Assembly (NCBI GenBank): GCA_013265495.1
Contig: MU058584.1
Coordinates: 434,001-498,000 of the forward strand
Length of the DNA stretch: 64,000 bases
Direction of reading: 5' to 3'
Source: Vicugna vicugna
Lineage: Eukaryota
In this document: positions 60,995 through 64,000 of the stretch, in pieces
Layout: every line of letters begins with the position of its first letter
Numbering within the stretch: the stretch's first letter is position 1
Position numbers and translations under genes: made by a program
Notes under the pieces: generated by a model
Seen by the model: only the letters and a program-made list of their open reading frames with translations
Told to the model about the DNA's origin: nothing
Databases searched by the model: none

Positions 60995-63900
60995 TTCTAT
61001 ACAGCACCTGGTACATACCTGACACTTAACTGGCCCATACAAATATGTACTGATTGAGCCCTCAGATTAATTAACAAAGCGTTTCTCATGTATGAAGCTG
61101 AGGACAGTTACTGATGTGGGAAAAACTGATATTTTGCCCTGTCACCATTATTAACTATCAGAAAAATTTAATAAAACAACAACAACAAATAAACCACTTT
61201 CCATTCTTAGAAAGCCAAAATTAACAAGATTACCCTGTCAAGTTCTGGTCAATAAGATAAGTGACAGTTGAGGCATTTCCCGTAATCCTGGATTCTCCAG
61301 CTGCTCCTTTGACTCTTGTGATGCTGAGATCTGAGGATATGTCACCACCTTTGTGGATGTAATCTTGTGAGAAAGTTGCAGTTTCTCCACCAAAACAGAT
61401 TGGTCTTGTGGGTTTTTTCTTTTGATTATCTGTCAATTTTTATTTTCCAACCCACTTAAAATTTTTGTTGTTGTTGTTGTTGACACAGATAAATAGTTTG
61501 GCTGAAGATGTATCTTTTTAAATTCATGAATCCAGAAAATAAAAAGCAGACACATCCTGTACCAAGGAAATGATAATTCCTGTCTTGGGGAGATAATGTC
61601 ATCTCCTACAGAGGCTCCTTGGTGGTTGAGGAGGAAAAGGGGACATAGGATTCCTGGATTCTGGAGCTGTGTGATTCTGATCAACTTGGCTAAACCAAGA
61701 AGCGTTTCTTATTTTTCTACTAGGAGTTTTTGATGAAATGTTTCGTGTCATTGACTCTAATTTTTTTTTTTAAGTTAGGACCTCAAAGGGCTGAGATTTT
61801 GGGTGCCCAGGAGCAGCTGAGGAGGGTGCCACTGGTTGGGAATGACCTGTGCCATCATGTGTAGGAATGGGTGAACATGAGAGCCTCCATCACCTCATGT
61901 GGCTGACACCTCCCCCTGCCCCACCCTCGCCTCCTACATGTACCATGCCGACCCTAACAAGTGTTTCTCATTTTCACTTGAAAATAATCTGAATGTGTTT
62001 AGGCTAACGGACCATCCTCTCATTAAGATTTCATAGGTTTCCCGGGACTGTAGAGAAATCTCCTTAGGCCTTCTTGCTTAGTGTCTTTTGTTTGGACCCT
62101 GAAGAGGAAGTATGCAGCTTGTTAATGAGAGCGACAGATGGAAATTAAAGTTGAAGGCACTTGGAACCGGAGCAGAGGCCTCAGGTTTTGAGGCGGGGCT
62201 CTAGGGAGGTGAGCCTGCTGGAGTAGGGAGTCAAGTTCACAGCCGCTGTGCCTCCGGGGCACAGCAGAGGGAGCATGAGAAACTTGGCCTTGGGAGGCGG
62301 GTTGGCAAGCTGGCTCCACCACTGCCTTGCTGTGGTGGCTTGCTGGCTGACTAACAATAGGCAAACGTGTTGGGCATTTTACAGTAAGGAACATGCGGCC
62401 TTGAGAATCCACATGCATGTGTTTTCTATGGTGGCTGGCATGTCACGAGAGGCTGGGACTGGTGAGTGGTTACAAAGGAGAAGGGATGTGAGGGTGGTAT
62501 GTTCTGAGTTATAAACTACCGCAGTACTTTACAGTATACCACTGTTCACACTAAACCACAGATTACAGCTGTAAATGGGGAACAGGGCTGGGCTTTTTAC
62601 CAACACAGCCCATGGAGTGGGCGGTATTGTCTTCCGTTTGCCGGTAGAGAGACTGACACTTAGATGGCTTGAGTTACTTACCTGGCCTCACACAGCTGAT
62701 TGAGGCTCGATCTGGGGATTTGGATCTAGATCGTTCTCCAAACCTTTTTTTTTTTTTTTTTTGGCCAATATTCTTGCTGCCTATCCAGAGAGGCTCTTTG
62801 TGGTCCATTTCAGTTTGGACATTCTATGATGCTGTCAAAATGCTTTTCTTCCAAAGGCCCTTTACAAAGCTGTTAGAGCTCCAGGAATAGTAGAGATTGA
62901 ATGTGCTCATCAGTTAAACACATTTACATCTCCCTTGGGGCTGTGGAATCAGGAGGGTTAATTAGCATCTGTCAGGCTGTTTTTAAAGTAGTGGGAAGGA
63001 CTCAAGATGACCTTGAAGAGCATTTTATTTTGAGGAGGCTCCCAGGGTTTGTAGTATAGATTGGTCAGACTTTTTCCCGCCTTTCCAACAGCTTTTATTT
63101 ACAATGGTTCTTCCTCTGAAAGCTGGGATTTATTCTTTTCTGTGCTTGCCTATTCCACCCAGACCTGGTCCGACTGAAGGCAGCACCCTAGACCCTTCCC
63201 CAAATAGTTCTCTCTTCTTCAGCATCTTTTACTGTTTCTTGCAGAGAGACCAGGGTAGCTGGCCCAGGAGAGGGATTTGAATGTGAGTTATTTGCTCAGA
63301 AGTTGTGTGTGTGTGTGTTTTTGTTTTTTTTTTAACAGGATAGGCAGTGAATTGCTCTGAGCTATTTACTGATTCTCTGATTTCCTCTTTCATGACCTGC
63401 TGCTGCTGTGTGTACGGTGCTGATCAGGACAGGAGTCCCAGCCAAAGTGAGAGCTGTAATCAGTGGCCGTAGGGTGAAGAAGGTCAGATGAAATCCTTTG
63501 GAGAATGACCTCTGTAGGGTTGTAAACTCATTGCATGAATGAATTCTCATACACAAGAGAAATGCTGAAAAACCATGCTGGTGATTATTTTCTGTGTGAT
63601 CAAGCTAGCCCAGACTTTATGGTTAGTAATATGGTTAATAAAAATTCAGTAAATTAGAATAGAGACAAGGAGACAGGGAACAAATGAGCATCAGCCATGT
63701 ACTGAGCGCAGCCCATGAGACTGTCCAGCGTTGTGGCAGAATGATTGTTTTGCTCTGCTGTTCTCTGATGTGTCAGTAAACATTCCTGCAATGGTTTTCC
63801 TTTACTTTGGCTTCTGGGCTGAACTTAATCTTCTAATGGATTTTGCTCTCCTTCTAAAAGGTCTTTATTACATTCGAACTCCTTGTGAGTCCTTGGGACT

Positions 63901-64000
63901 TTCAGCTGTTGGTCAAAGCCTGCGTCGACGTGGACACTATTTAATTTACTGTTTCCTTTCTTACCTGCCCGTGTAAATTAATCATCTTCAAATGTTAGCG

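Overview
Mammalian non-coding DNA, most likely camelid (alpaca/camel): two young tRNA-Ala-derived SINEs of Vic-1 type and artiodactyl-type L1 tails point that way. I found no credible protein-coding exon chain. The short ORFs are chance ORFs or decayed L1 ORF2 or transposase pieces. The visible G/T excess on the + strand suggests the inside of a large intron of a + strand gene, which I could not identify. Much of the window is interspersed repeats (L1, L2, MIR, MaLR/ERV LTRs, MER3/5A/20/33/58, Tigger). Family names come from my recall of consensus sequences and were not confirmed by a search. The most notable feature is a pair of independently inserted, same-orientation MER41-like ERV1 solo LTRs about 11.7 kb apart. 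One keeps a palindromic STAT GAS site where interferon-inducible MER41 enhancers carry it; the other has a G-quadruplex motif there instead. There are also several candidate enhancer motif clusters, small retrotransposition footprints and one weak microexon candidate. I found no convincing new biological system.
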